Shown here in pieces: positions 49,251 to 63,539 of a DNA stretch of 64,000 bases. A program made the position numbers and the translations under genes. Below the pieces are notes generated by a model, which did no database searches, was not told where the DNA came from, and was given only the letters and a program-made list of their open reading frames with translations. Origin of the DNA: Camelus dromedarius (lineage: Eukaryota); contig NC_087436.1 of NCBI RefSeq assembly GCF_036321535.1, positions 4,278,001 through 4,342,000 of the forward strand, in the 5' to 3' direction. Positions within the stretch are counted from its first letter, which is position 1, and every line of letters begins with the position of its first letter.

Positions 49251-50311
49251 AATGGCATATTCCTAACTGAAGACAAGTTTTCAGTTTACCAAGTAATTCA
49301 TACAGAACGTTCAGTTTTCTGCTTAGAAAGACTTGTTAAGTATAAAAATGCATAATGTTATTGGAGACAAACATATTGGTGACAAACATACATAAACTCA
49401 ATCATCAAGCCTTTGAAAAGACCACAGGAATAATCTTCAACCAAACAAAAGTAAACTACATGTTGGAAAATTACTCTGTGGGACAGGATCTTCTAAGCAT
49501 CAACAAATTCATGTAAACTGCAGGAACTCTGGAGACCTCCTCTTTGCACTTAAGAAAAAGGACGTACTAGAATTTCACTTTCCTTTAAGTAAAAGTGAGA
49601 TAAGGATTATTCAAAGCCTTAAATATTTGTTAAATGAAACCACACAGAAATGAAACATTGAAAAAGTGATAAGCGATGAGAATTGTAACTTACAAAAAAC
49701 TTTAGTTGGTCATATTCAAGATCTGATAAATGAATTTGATAGGAACTGCACAAGGAAATGTTTATACTTTGATTTTTAACCTTGAGATAGAAGTTTTATT
49801 CATTTAACATCTATCAATTTAATATTTCCTATTACTGGGCAAGATTCAGGATACAAAAAGAGAATGAGATTCGTAATATTTCTTACAGCATTTATTAGAA
49901 GTCAGGAGAAAGCGAAAGAAAACTGCGGGCCAACTACGCGCTCCCTTGCCTTCCCCCCAAATTCCTCCAGGACAGAAGCTGAGGCTGAGTCAGAAGAACA
50001 GGAGCCTCAGGAACACTGAAGACGTTCAGGGCTGTGGGGGTCACAGGGCAGAGTGACGTGTAACACACCATGACGGGGAAACAACAAACAAAGCCACGGC
50101 ATTTGCGCAACTGACGAGAGCAAGTAGCAGGCGAAGCTGGCTGCTCAAACCTGATGCCCCGAGAAGTGGAAAAGTGCCTCACGAGATGCCAAACGTCAAT
50201 AACAAAAACGTAGTTGAACACAGACAGGGCTTGTAACTTTGTCAGTGTAACTTTGGCAAAAAGGCATCAGACTGAAGAACAAGCCAACAAAACACTTCAA
50301 ACAAGGTGGTA

Positions 50312-50800
50312 CCCATATGTGATGGAAATTTATTCAGCCATATGTGAGAATGAAATCTTGCCACTTGCTACAACACAGATCCACCTAGAAGGTACTATGC
50401 TAAGTGACATAAGCCAGAGAAAGACAAACATCGTGTGATGTCACTTACATGTGGAATCTAAGAAGCAAAACTAATGACCAAACATAAAAAGGCAGTAACA
50501 GACTCTTCAATACAGAAAACAGACAGGTGGCTGGCAGAGGGGGGAAGGGGGGAGTCATGAACAGGTGGGGCAGATCAGGGGTCACAAACTTTCTGTAACA
50601 GAATAAAGGAGTCCAGCATCTGAAACGTACAAAATAGGGAATATAAATAGTCACTGACACTGTGGCGACTTTGCACGACGACAGACGGTGACTAGTCTTA
50701 CTGTGGCGATCACTTTCTAATGTGCAGAAATATCGAACCAGAACTGTTCACCTAAAGCCGTCAGTGTTGTAGGTCAAATACACTTACAAGAAAGAAGGAA
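50312..50800 (+). mobile_element. LINE-1 3' UTR fragment
   Basis: GAATGAAATCTTGCCA, AAGCCAGAGAAAGACAAA, TCACTTACATGTGGAATCTAA. Confidence 0.85.
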
Positions 50801-53800
50801 TAGAAAGAAAAGCAAGCCCTACACGAATGTTTAGCAACTTCTCCACGGGAGTGACCGTTCTCTTTTCATGCATGATGACATGACTGGTAGTAAAGACTGA
50901 AGGTTGGAAAAAAAAGGGAAGAAAGAAAATGATAAAAGAATGAAAGGATAACATAGATCAGAATTTTAAAAACTTAGAAACAAAGGCCTGGGAACTCAGA
51001 AAAGAATAAGATAATACTGAAAAATCACTTTTAAATGAAATTTAAGCTAAAACAAAGTGATAAGTAATGTTTTGTAGAACAAGCAAATGAAAAGAAGGAA
51101 ACTATTAAACACTACTGAGAAGTTCTCCTGGAAAAGAAACTAAACAAGAAATTGTAAATTATTTGATGGATGTGTCAAAAGCAGAGGATAATCTAATATA
51201 TGAATGACTGAGGGACCTGAAAGAGAAGCAAACAAAAAAAGAAGCAAGATGCAAAGCAAATTTTAAATACTATGATGCAGAATTTCTGAAATTTTGTTAA
51301 AAGCTTTGAAAACTGTAACGTGAGAGAACAAGGAGCACGGCCCTGCACTGCCTGACGGCACAGCGCCTCGCGCCGCCTGCGGTGACAACCACCCTCCTCT
51401 GTCGCCACGTCCCGGCTCACGCTCAGCAGCAGCCGCCCCACTGCTTCCACTGCTTGCTCCCCCTGCCGGCCACCAAGTCAGTGAGGGACGCGGCGAGAAC
51501 ACAAGCACGTGGGTGCCTTACCTTTCTTCCCCAGCCTCCATGTTCACATTGCCTCCTCCTGGTCCTCTTCACCACCAGCTGCTCCCTGAGAGCTTCTCTT
51601 AACAAGAACAGGAGAGAAGGTGCTGCCATCTGGGGGGAAGAGAGGAGTTGCACGTGTCCAGAGCCGCCGGGGGCAGGAAAACAGCCACATGGGGGGTCCG
51701 GGGAGGAGCCAGATTCTTGGGGTCCCTCCGGCAGGGTGGGTCCAGCCCTTCTGACTCCCAACCTGCCCCCTCCTCAGGCCACTCGGGGGGGCGTAGGCAG
51801 ATTCAGTGGTGCACAAGGGGGTCAGGAGCCAGGGCAATGCTGAGAGAGCGGTGGGGGGGTGGGCTACAAGATTTTCTACAAGGTCCCGGCACCCCAAGTA
51901 CCTGCACGGGACCAGCTCCTACAGGAGGAGAATTATCAGAAAAGGGGAAGAGGAGCTAAGGAAGAGCTACAAAGAGGAGTTTATGAATTAGAAATAGAAA
52001 ATGAAAAAGAGATGAATGAGAAATCAATTACATGGAGATCAAGGCTCTGCGGATCAGAATCTGCTTTGTCTGCAAAGCAGTGTTCAGTGTCCGAGGGCAG
52101 CAACGCCGGGACGCTGGGGTGATGCCGGGAGAGGGGAGCAGACGGCGAGTCACGATGAGAACGTGGGGCCCTGACCCTCCTGGGATGGTGCAGCCCCACC
52201 TGAGGGCCCCTGTGCCTTCATCTCCATGGTCCTCCCAGGCCCTCAGTTGCTCCACCTCTGCAGGGAGTGAGTGGGTCTCTGTCTCTCCCATACTTTTCCA
52301 GCCGTCACATTCCCTATGCATAACCAGGAATGAAGGCCTGTGTCCTCCCGCCCCTCCTACGGCAGCCACGCATTTCTGTGCATGACCTGGCCGCCCTCCC
52401 TCTCTGTTCCGCTGCACACTGCTTCCCTTCCTCACTTCTCTCCTGATTCGTGCTCACTTCCTTTCTCCTGGCCTCCCTCCACCAAGCGTGCAGCTCTCCC
52501 ATGTGTGCGCACTGCAGGGACGGCCATGGGTGTCCTGCCACCCTCTTCAGTCAGTCTACTGACCAATTCTCAGCATCCGCCCTAACCAGGGAGCCCCAGG
52601 CATGAACCTGATATTGTTTTGTCCCTGGAGGAGGGAGGGCAACCATCTTCACACAACAAGTGACTGTCCTGTGCCTGGGGTGACCTAAGGTGACTGGGAG
52701 GTACTTCATTCCACACCAATCCCATAAATCTCCTATTCCCTTAGGGAGGATGACAGCAAACTTAGATAAAGTAACTTGTGTCAATTCCCTTATTATGAAA
52801 ATGATTCAACACGGGACCTCTTAAATACACAACACCTGCCAGGGTTTGCCCTGAGCCTCGGAAGGACGGGGAGGGGTGAGACAGGGCAGGCCGGAGGACA
52901 GGCCACAGGCTGGGCGTGACTAGGGTGTGTGGATCAGGGAAGGCTGTCTGGGGAGAGCAGTGGGATCTGAGAGGGGCAGTGACCTCCTGACCGGGCCACC
53001 TGGAGGCTGTGTCTTGGGCCCAGGCAATCCCAGGAGACCAGGTCAGCAGGGCCCTGACGGCAAGCGTGTGAAGCAAGCCGAGCAGCCCTTCCCACAGTCC
53101 TCCAGACGGCCCGTTGCCCAGCTGGGCACGGCCCTCCCTCAGGTGGAGGCACGTTCTGCACAACAGCCTCGGGTGCAAAAGCAGGAGAGCCGGCTTCGCC
53201 CTCACCTGCTCCCCACGTGCAGCCACAGCCCCGCTGAGGCGCTGCACCAGGCTGAGTGTGGGAGACCCCAAGGCGGACATGGCGGGCCACGTGGCCACCA
53301 GCACCACTGAACGCCCTCGCTGGCTCTCAAATATGACCTGAACCTCACTTGCCCCAATCCTAGAACTGGGGGTCCTGGGGTGCTCGGGGCCTGTGGCCTG
53401 CTGCCTCCCCTGCTCACATGCCCTCACCCAGCTCCCCTGCTGGGTACTGGGTCTCCTTCCTCCTCCCAGCCTTCCCCAGTAGCCCCTCTGCCTCTGAAGG
53501 CAGCCAGCCCCCACCATCACTTCACTCCCCCCAGGCCTTCGTCTTCTGTGGGCTCTGAACCTACCACCCACTCCCAGGCACTTCCTGATGGGGAGTTGTT
53601 CCTTCCAGGGTAGAGGAGGGGCTGGGAGGCAGAGCTCTGCCTTTTCTGTGGGCACCAGCTTTCTAGCCCTTGGCTTGGCTCTGGAGTTGTTTCCATGGTA
53701 ATGGACTGATGAATTTTTTTTATACGTATTAGAAATAAAACACCTGTAGCTAAAAAGGAACCTGCATTTCAAATATTTTGTAAACAAAGTAGTGGAGCTG

Positions 53801-54439
53801 TACCTTGTTTATTGCCTCCATGTCTGCATGGTGGGGCAGCAGCTCTGCTGCAATGCCTTCGCAAGGGCTGCCGCGCACTGGGGCGCAGTGCTCCCGCTGA
53901 CGTCTGCAGCGCTGACGTTGGCACCACTTTTGACGGGGATGGCCACGCACTCCCCCGCCTCGCACTGTGCGGCCTGTCGGCATCATGCCAAGAAACAGAG
54001 TGTAAGCGCTAGGAATTCCAAGCCAACATGCCACAAGTCCCACCAGTTCATTATACTTAAAACAGATCAATTCATTTTTTATTTAAGTCGTTACATGGAA
54101 TCCATCTCACGTGGACACGGCTGGCTGCTACACACCTTCATGATGGCCGTCTTGTTCCTGCTGTCCTGTGCACTGAGCTGGCATCCTCACTCCACCAGGA
54201 GAGTCACCACGCCTGCATGGCCACTGGCACACGCCAAAAGGAGAGCAGTCCTGTGAACGGGAGAGGACTTTTTAGGACATTAGAGCGCACTAGTTCAAAC
54301 ATACCATTACTCACGTAATTGGGAACATTCAATAGCGTGCTATTCCTACCCCTTTAAAAGAAATATTTCATTTTCTTATGGAGAACACTACAAGCTCTCA
54401 CTACTCACCACATTAATGGAAGAACAACCTGTTTGAATA

Positions 54440-54690
54440 GAAAGAGCATGACCTTGAGATTCAGCCCAACTTGGGTCGGACTTCTACTTAAACTGTCACT
54501 TATTAGCTGTCACTTCGCCTTTCTGTGCCTCAGTTTCCTCATCAGCAAAACAGGGATGAAGGAGGAGTTATCTCACAGGACACCACCGTGAGGCTTCAGT
54601 GAAAATCTGTGCGAAGTGTTTAGCACAGCTCCTTGCACAAACAACAGCTCACCTGCTGGCAGACAATATGACTGTGACACTTACTGCTGC
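54440..54690. mobile_element. MIR SINE
   Basis: CTGTGCCTCAGTTTCCTCATC core; AAGTGTTTAGCACAG. Confidence 0.8.
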
Positions 54691-56181
54691 TTTACAAGGA
54701 CAACATTTCAATTAAGTAAAATGGTATCAGACCCACTATGCTGCTGTGAGGATCAGAGAGAACACTGGGCTTCCCAGGCGCTCTCTTCCCACGGGGCCAT
54801 CAAGAGGGCGCCAGCCTCGTCCCTCCTGCCAGTCGGCTGTAACCTCCCCAAGCAACCCTCAAGTCTGTCATCCACGGTTCCTTGTGAACAGAAGGAGTTT
54901 CCATGACCGTCTTCACAGAAGTGCGTTTTACCCCGGCTGGGAGCAGTCACAACAGTAAAATCAAAATTCACGCCACTGAAGTTCCTATTACAGATGTGAA
55001 CCGCGCTCTCCACCGCGACGGTCACACTTTTATAGTCAACCAGCACCACAGTAGTATTTCCATTACTGGCAAATGAGACATCCTTGGACGAGGCCTCGAA
55101 TCCTTGTGATTTTGAATAATTTTGTCATGAATCAAAAACATGTTCAATTTGAAAGTGCCTATAAAATAAAAAAAGCTCACTGATACTTAACACAAAAAGA
55201 ACATAATCATATTTTTAAATTTGTAAAGAAACTAAGCACAAAAAGAGGATTTTTTTTAAAGATCTTTGAGAGTGTTTTCATAAACAATAACATTGAGGTC
55301 TAAGAAGACGATCATTAACAAGACAGTAGCAGAGTTAGTCACATGGCTAACGGCTGGCAGGGCTGAGGTGGTGGGGGGCACCCACTCCTGTTCTCAGATG
55401 CAGCAAATTGCAAGTTAGAGAACAGAGACACTGAGTCAGACAGACACCAGCATCTGGCTCCAGAACTTGCTTGCTGGTTGACCTCGGGCAATTAACCTTC
55501 CTGAACTTCAATTCCCTCTGCTGTAGGAAGGATGCACTCAAATGGCAACTGCCCAAGTCCCTTCCTAACTTTTATTTCTAACAGGGTTGAATATGAACTC
55601 CTTCAGCCAACAAAGGCAATTAGAGTTACAGTGCATATTATCATCTCCAAGTAAAACCGCTAATAAAGCCACCCACAATATATGAAGAGTATTCATATTG
55701 AAATCTAAACTCACCATACTACTTTCCACAGCATCTAAAAATACACAAAGACTCTTTAAATGCCAGATTAACATTATAAATAATAATCTAAGGTATAACC
55801 GTATTTTCCTCCAGAGCAAGATCATTCCTAGAGCTCTTCCGAGCAAGACAGACAGTAACAAAGCATCAGCCAAGTGCAAAGTAAGACAAGCTTTACTGCA
55901 AGAAGGTCTAAACAGCAGCATAAAACTACAGAGAAATGCGAAATCATTCTACAGAAGAACGAGGGCTGCGGGGGGCTGACCCTACCGCCACAGAAAACTT
56001 ACACAGACATTAAATTGCCTTTCATTTTTACATTATGAGGGAGACAATGACTCAAATTAATATGCAATGCTGTGTAATACTGGGCTATACGTGACAGTAA
56101 TTTTTTAAGTCAACATCAGTCAGCACTATCACTAAATGCTATTATATTATCAGAAAAGAATGAAATGAAGTCCATCCGTAC

Positions 56182-56242
56182 CTGTCTGAATGACGATTCC
56201 CTGACCACTGGTTAAGCAGGCCTTTCCTTTCCACCCAGACAA
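56182..56242 (-). other. Candidate 61-nt internal exon of the minus-strand transcript
   Basis: Acceptor CTCTCACCTATTGTTTCTAG| and donor CAG|GTACGG. Confidence 0.5.
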
Positions 56243-56779
56243 CTAGAAACAATAGGTGAGAGTGTGAATAGTTTCCACATAATTATTAAAGGTTTTTATC
56301 TTGCTAAAATACAAAAATAGGTGATTCCAATGCCACCTATAGATACTTTTACTTTCCTCAAATGAAGACAAATAGGCTGGGAAGAAATTTTCTAAAAGCA
56401 GACAGACAACGCACATCCATCTAATCCTCCAGAAACTTCACCCCTGGATTTTTTCACAATTCAAAAGCTGCTTCCTATCCTAGTTTTAGCCAAAATACTC
56501 AAAACTATATTCAAATGTCAACCTGTTGTTTGAGTTATTTTATAAACACAACCCAGTAAACTATGCTGGTTTACAACAGCGCTTGGCGATGTTCTCCTTC
56601 TCAGCGGTATACGTAGGCTACAGAGGGCTACTCAGGGAAACTTCTCATGTGATGGGGTATTTGTTTCCACTCAAAGCTCCAATGGATTATTAAGTTCTGA
56701 GCTGTAAGAGGTGTATGGTAATATATTCTTACAGGTAGATGAATGTGAATGAAAACGAGCCCCCCTCTAAAGGCCCATA

Positions 56780-59250
56780 CACCTTGATCAAGTAGGATTT
56801 ATCCCAGGAATGCAGGGGGTTTTCAATACCTGCAGATCAATCAATGTGATACACCACATTAACAAACCGAAGACTAAAAACCACATGATACTCTCAGTAG
56901 ATGCAGAAAAAGCTTTTGATACAATTCAACATCCATTTATGATCAAAACCCTCCAGAAGGTGGGAATAGACAGAACACACTTCAACATAATAAAGGCCGT
57001 TTATGACAAAGCCACAGCTCACATCATACTTAATGGGGAAAGGCTGAAAGCATTCCCTCTAAGATCGGGTACAAGACAAGGATGCCCACTCCCACCACTT
57101 CTATTCAACATAGTTTGGGAAGTCTTAGCCATACCAATCAGATAAGAAAAAAATTAAAGGAATCCAAATTGGAAATGAAGAAGTAAAACTGTCACTGTTT
57201 GCAGATGACATGATACTATACATAGGAAACCCTAAAGAAGCGACCAGAAAACTAGTAGAACTCATCAATGAATTTGGTAAAGTTACAGGGTATGAAATTA
57301 ATATACAGAAGTCATTTGCATTTCTACACACTAACAATGAAATAGCAGAAAAGGAAATTAAGGAAACGATACCATTTACCATCATGCCAAAAAGAATAAA
57401 GTATTGAGGAATAAACCTACCCAAGGGGGCAAAAGACCTGTATGCTGAAAACTGTAAGACACTGATGAAGGAAATTGAAGACAACATAAACAAATGGAAA
57501 GATATACCATGTTCTTGGATTGGAAGAATCAATATTGTTAAATGACCATAATGCCCAAGGCAATTTACACATTCAGTGCAGTCCCTATCAAATTACCAAC
57601 GACATTCTTCACAGAGCTGCAACAGAAAATGTTAAAAATTTGTATGGAAACACAGAAGACCCTAAATAGCCAAAACAATCTTGAAAAAGAAGAATGGAGC
57701 TGAAGGAATCATGCTCCCTGACTTCAGGCTATACTACAAAGCTACAGTAATCAAAACAGTATGGTACTGGCACAAAAACAGACACAGAGATCAATGGAAC
57801 AGGACAGAAAGTCCAGAAATAAACCCACACACTTACGTTCTATTCATCTGTGACAAAGGAGGGAAGAAGATACAATGGAGGAAAGACAGTCTCTTCAATA
57901 AGTGGTGCTGGGAAAACTGGACAGCTACCAGTAAAAGACTGACATTAGAACATTCTCTAACACCATGTACAAAAATAAAATCAAAATGAATTAAAGACCT
58001 CAATATAAGGCCAGACACCATAAAACTCCTAGAGAGAAACATAGGCACAACACTCATGGGCATACATTACAGCAATATATTTTTTTCAACCCGCTCCTGG
58101 AGTATTGGAAATAAAAGCAAAAATAGACAAACGGGATCTAATTAAACTTTAAAGCTTTTGCACAACTAAGGACACCATCAACAAAATGAAAAGACAACCT
58201 ACACAATGGGAGAAAATATTTGCAAATAACGTGACTGACAAGGGACTAATTTCCAAAATATATAAGTGGCTCATACACCTTAATATCAAAGAAGCAAGCA
58301 ATCCAATCCAAACACAGGCACAAGACCTAGGCAAGCAATTCTCTAATGAAGACACACAAATGGCCAATAGGCACATGAAAAAATGCTCTGCATCACTAAT
58401 TGTCAGAGAAATGCAGATCAAAACTACAATGAAATATCACCTCACAGCAGCCAGAATGGCCATCATTGAAAAGTCTACAAACGATGCTGGAGGGGGTGTG
58501 GAGAGAAAGAAACCCTCCTACAGTGTTGGTGGGAGTGCAGATTGGTGCAGCCACTCTTGGAGGACAGTATGAAGATTTCTCAAAAGACTAAAAATAGATT
58601 TATCCTATGACCCAGCAATCCCACTCCTGGGCATATATCCAGAGGAAATCCTAATTCAAAAAGACACCTGCACGCCAATGTTCACAGCAGCAGTATTTAC
58701 GACAGCCAAGATACGGAAACAACCCCAAATGCCCATCAACAGGTGACTGGATAAAGAAGATGTGGTGTATTTATACAATGGAATACTACTCAGCCACAAG
58801 CACCAACATAATGGCATCTGCAGCAACATGGATGTCCCTGGAGAATGTCATGCTAAGTGAAGTAAGCCAGAAAGCAAAAGAAAAATACCATATGAGATCA
58901 CTCATATGTGGAATCCAAAAAAAAAAAAAAAAAAAGAACATAACTACAAAACAGAAACAGACTCACAGACACAGAGTACACACTTGTGGTTGCCAAGGGG
59001 GAGAGGGGTGGGAAGGGATAGACTGGGGGTTCAAAATTTGTAGATACTGACAGGCATATGCAGAATAGATAAACAAGATTATACTGTATAGTACAGGGAA
59101 ATATATACAAGATCTTGTGGTAGCTCACAGCGAAAATAAAATGTGACGATGAATATGTGTATGTTCATGTATAAATGAAAAATTGTGCTCTACACTGGAA
59201 TTTGACACAACACTGTAAAATGACTATACCTCAATAAAAAAATGTTTATA
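56780..59250 (+). mobile_element. 5'-truncated LINE-1 (RT domain through 3' UTR), least decayed L1 in the window
   Basis: ORF track: [19 protein letters not shown] region, [15 protein letters not shown]; complete 3' UTR ending CTCAATAAAAAAATG. Confidence 0.97.
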
Positions 59251-59744
59251 AGAAACCAAAAACTTAGTGTTCTTATAGTTTGACCAATATTTTCATCTAA
59301 TTCAAACAAACCATAAACACTTCTAATTTTACATCTGAAGTAGATGCTTTACAACTTATTTTCAGAACCTTTCAAGATTATACCCAGAAGTTTCTCCAAA
59401 GACACTCCAAAGATACTTCTGGCCGTGATGCACAGCCGCTGTGTCACTATGCAGTATCTTTCATGGTTTGGCATCTTTGAGTAAGAAATGCAAGCAGTCC
59501 CTCCCTGACTTTGGTTGCATCCATTCTAGAAGGCATTGCCCCTGCTCCTCGGTCCACAGTTGTCAACACTATGGAGGCAGCAGTAACCTGAACAGCAGGC
59601 TCTATGCTTTACGCAGAATCATTTTAAGATGGCCCCCAAGAACACATCTCATTTAGAAAACAGGGACCCGCTACAACAGCCAGTCTCAGCTCTGTAGCAG
59701 TGAAGCTCAGACTGCACGTAGCTGGACTTGGCAGTTGTCTACAT

Positions 59745-59960
59745 CAGGGCCTATAAACTACGAGCCAGACCCAACCAACCTCCAGTTTTCACGTCTAAGG
59801 TTTTACTAGCACACAGTCACCTTCATTCACTGCACATTGACTGTGGCTGCATTCGCACCACAAGAGCAGAACTGAATCGTCATGACAGAACCATGTGGTC
59901 CACAAAATCTAAAATATTCACTAATTGGTCCTCTGCCAAAGAAAAGTTTGCCAACCCCTC
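59745..59960. mobile_element. MER58A-like hAT element
   Basis: CTAAAATATTCACTAATTGGTCCT..GAAAAGTTTGCCAACCCCT terminus. Confidence 0.8.
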
Positions 59961-62289
59961 CTCTGCAGGAGATGTCGGAGGCAACACAAGACTTCTCCAA
60001 GAACCATCTCCAACGCACGTGAATTGGGCCGCTGCTAGCTACGTGTGGGCTGCGGGGTCACCTGGTGTCAAAACACAGACACAAACGCACACCACTAAGG
60101 CTCTTTATCATCCCATATCAACCCCGAAGCTGCCAGGGCAAAGCACGAGCGGTTACCACTCCCAACCACCAGAGCCCCACCTTTCCCGCTGTCTTTACTG
60201 GTAAATTATGTTAACACGAAAAGGCTGCCCTTTAAAGTTCATCAAAACATGATTTCACTTGCATAAAAAAAAGTTTGGAAAACAGAGGGTGAGGAAGGCA
60301 GGCACCCATATGGCATGTGTTCCTGAACCACCTTATTCTAGCTCCCCGTGTAAACCGCTCTTCCCCAGAAGGCCCTGCCGTGTGAACTGTCACTCCTAAG
60401 AAGAGGCCAGAAAACTACTAGGGAGGCAGTGAGTTCAAATTAAGGAGCACAAGGCGGTGTGGGTGTGCAGACTCCCTGCCTCACAGGCCTCACTCCTTGC
60501 TGGAATCAACACCAAATTCCAGGCTTCACCACAAAAATTCAAAAATTGTTTTAAATTTTAAAAAAAAATCAGTCTTCTAGCATTTCATGCTTCAAAGATG
60601 TCAGGATTTTTTAAGTGCCAAGTTGGGTTTTGTTTGTTTGTATTTTAATAAAAAGAGTTTTAAAGGCATTGTCAGCACTGCTGTGCCAGCATGGGGCTCT
60701 GCCCTCCGCTGTGTACAGGACACAAGGACAGAGGCCACCTGCCGCAGGGGGCGCGGCCTTCCCTGCCAGCTATTTGAGCCCCACTTCGCCACGTTAGAGA
60801 CTAAGCTCAGGACGATAATGAAGGGCGAAGTTTAAAAACGTCAATCTGGTGAGACAGACCTGTCCTTTTATGTGTAAGCTCCTTAACAGTGAAATCCTAC
60901 ACATTCTTCTGAACTTAACCTCGTGGGGCTTACGCAGCCTACAAAAAGCTTGTTAGCAGTTTCAAAAATAACCATATGTCCTGAGGCTGGCTGTTCCTCC
61001 CTTTTCAACTTCAGCACTTACTCACTTTTAAAACACCTATTTTAGGGAGAGTTCCATCCATCTCTGTTCTTTCTTCATCTCTGCTAATAACAGAGTCCCC
61101 TGCCCCCAAGTAAAAATACCCACTTTCCAGCTCTTGACTCTCCATCAGCCTCTCGAGAAACCTTAATATTTTGATAATGACTCTCAATTCTTCATTTTCA
61201 GCATGTTACTCTTTATTTTACTGTCTTGAGATTTCATCGGTATCCAACTTTAACCCTAAAATGTAATGTCCAAAACCAAGCCCACTGCCCCATTTCTGAA
61301 TGACTTGTTATAAGAAACCACGAGCACGACACTAAGATATTGGAAGCACCTTCCTTTTCACCCCTCCATCTGCGTCACTCTTCAGTGACCCTGGTATAAA
61401 AATGTCGGTTCCCTAGAAAAACAAACTCCTAACCCAGGTATAATGCCTCCTGGCTTAAAATACGGTTTCTCCTCAATGGTCATAACCACCCTCTCAGGAA
61501 CATGGTTCTCAGCTGGCTCTTTGAGCTGTAAACACGTACCCACACAAACACAAACTGACCCCAAGCCTACTCAACGACTTCCCTCTGAATTCCCATCAAG
61601 CTAACTTCCTAATTACATTTGCTCCTCACATACTCCAGTTCCAAAAGTCTTAAACATCTCTCCCAGCCTTTTTCTTCCTAAAAGACACCTTCCGCTGGCT
61701 CAGACACTCCAATATGTTCTGTGTAGTCCAATATCAACATTTCCCCAATGAAAAATGTACAAATATTTACATCTATAAGGTATCAAACACTTTCAGTCAT
61801 ATAGTGATCATGGATTAAAAACTGGTCCATTCCCCCTTTCCTACAGTTTTGTGCAACCTGTGTGTCATTGCCTCTGCCATTCATACGTAAAAGCATCTCA
61901 AAGACAGGGACCGCCAAATACTTTGTTGTTTCTTTGCTGCCCAAATATGCAATAAAACATTGCCATGATTTTTAACCAATCTATAGTCAAAGCAATAAAA
62001 TTCTGAAAGTTAGTAAGCAACTCTGACGGAGTATAATTTACTCTCAAACGAGTTGGTTGGTTTGTCTGTTCCTCCCCCAAAAAACAGCCTAGCAAGACTG
62101 GATTTCTCTTCCTATCTTTGTGAAACATGGGCTACATGACTTCCTCAAGGTAGGATTTAGCATTATTTGTCTTTGGTTCCACGTCTAACATTACATCCAC
62201 TACAAAAATACTTTTAATGTCAGCACCTATTTTAAAAAGAATTTAAGGTTCTTAACAAAAGCATAACAAGAACAAGACATATAAAGAAC

Positions 62290-62600
62290 AAGACACCTGG
62301 AGAAGTTCCAGAGGAGGGCAAAGTGATCAAAGGGATGGAAGAAATTATTTTAAACCAGACAGAGTCAGGGAAGATGATAGTAAAGAGGAACAATGAGAAT
62401 CTACAAAACCAGGAAAAGGCAAACTCCAGCTCATTCTAGCATTTCTCAAAACACAAGCTCAGGATGCGTCCTGGAACTTTAAAGAGGCTGATTTGAGGAA
62501 AATAAATGAATTGTTAATAAACAAATGGGCCAATAAATTTGTAGAATTCATTACTTCAGAAGAAAAAAGTACAGAATAAAAAGTGTTTGAGAAAGTTTTA
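62290..62600 (+). mobile_element. CR1/L3-like ancient LINE fragment
   Basis: CTGGAGAAGTTCCAGAGGAGGGCAAAGTGATCAAAGGGATGG resembles late CR1 ORF2. Confidence 0.55.
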
Positions 62601-63539
62601 AATAAGTGTAATCAAGATCGGGAATGGGAAATTTAGCACAGATAACCCGACTTAAATTTATTCCACAAAGCCTCTTTCAGCAGTGGCTTAAGAACGTGAG
62701 CCCACACGTCACCCAGAGGGCCTGTAATTCTCAGTATAGTACTGTCTATGTTGTTATACAAAATGCCACCCTATGCTTAACCCTTAAGGTCTGTATAAAT
62801 ATACGAAATGTTCATTATTTTCCTGCACCGTAATTTGGCACTCTGAGAGGATACCTAAAATACAAATCAAAGATTCTACAACTTCTTAAAATAACACAAG
62901 GCGAAAAAAATCATCCTCATTTGATAGAGAAGACAACCCAAATAAGCAAAGTCACAAGTCATCCCACCAATAAAAATGTGCTATCGATTAGGAACATGCT
63001 ACTCAAAAAAAAAAAAAAAGCATTTGGGTAAGGAAAAAGTCTAATAACTTTTTAATAAACTGGTTAAAGTGCTAAATGCTCTCCCCCAAATCAGTTGTGA
63101 TTCCTAAGAACTCTGAATTTCCCGAGTAATTGATCTCAGTTACCGTGTCCTCCTGATAACGCAGGAACTGCACCCAGGAAACAAGAGGGTAAGAATCTCC
63201 TGTACTGAAAGAAAAACTCTCAAGGAAGACTGCAGAGAAGGGGAGGAATTTTAATTTCAGAGGCTCCCATTTGGGAGCCCAAGTAAGAGTTTCCCAGAAA
63301 CAAAAACTACAGCGCTGTTTCCCACCCGGTGTACCAGGAAAAGCTACATACACAGGGATGTCCTCTGTGCGCACACACGCTCTGGCTTCCTCAGTTTCCT
63401 TCTGCCAATTACTGTCCAGAAACCTACCAGTGTCCACTCTGGGGAAAGACAGAACTCCTCGAAAAGAAACCTGCAGGCTGGCACATGACACGCACAGAGA
63501 GCTAAAAGGTTACGAAACACAGGACTGCCTGATGCCTTC

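Noticed and set aside
52762..53787. 341-aa minus-strand ORF, the longest in the window
   Set aside because: Non-ATG start, no convincing domain, and it spans compositionally unrelated segments; likely a chance ORF in GC-rich DNA
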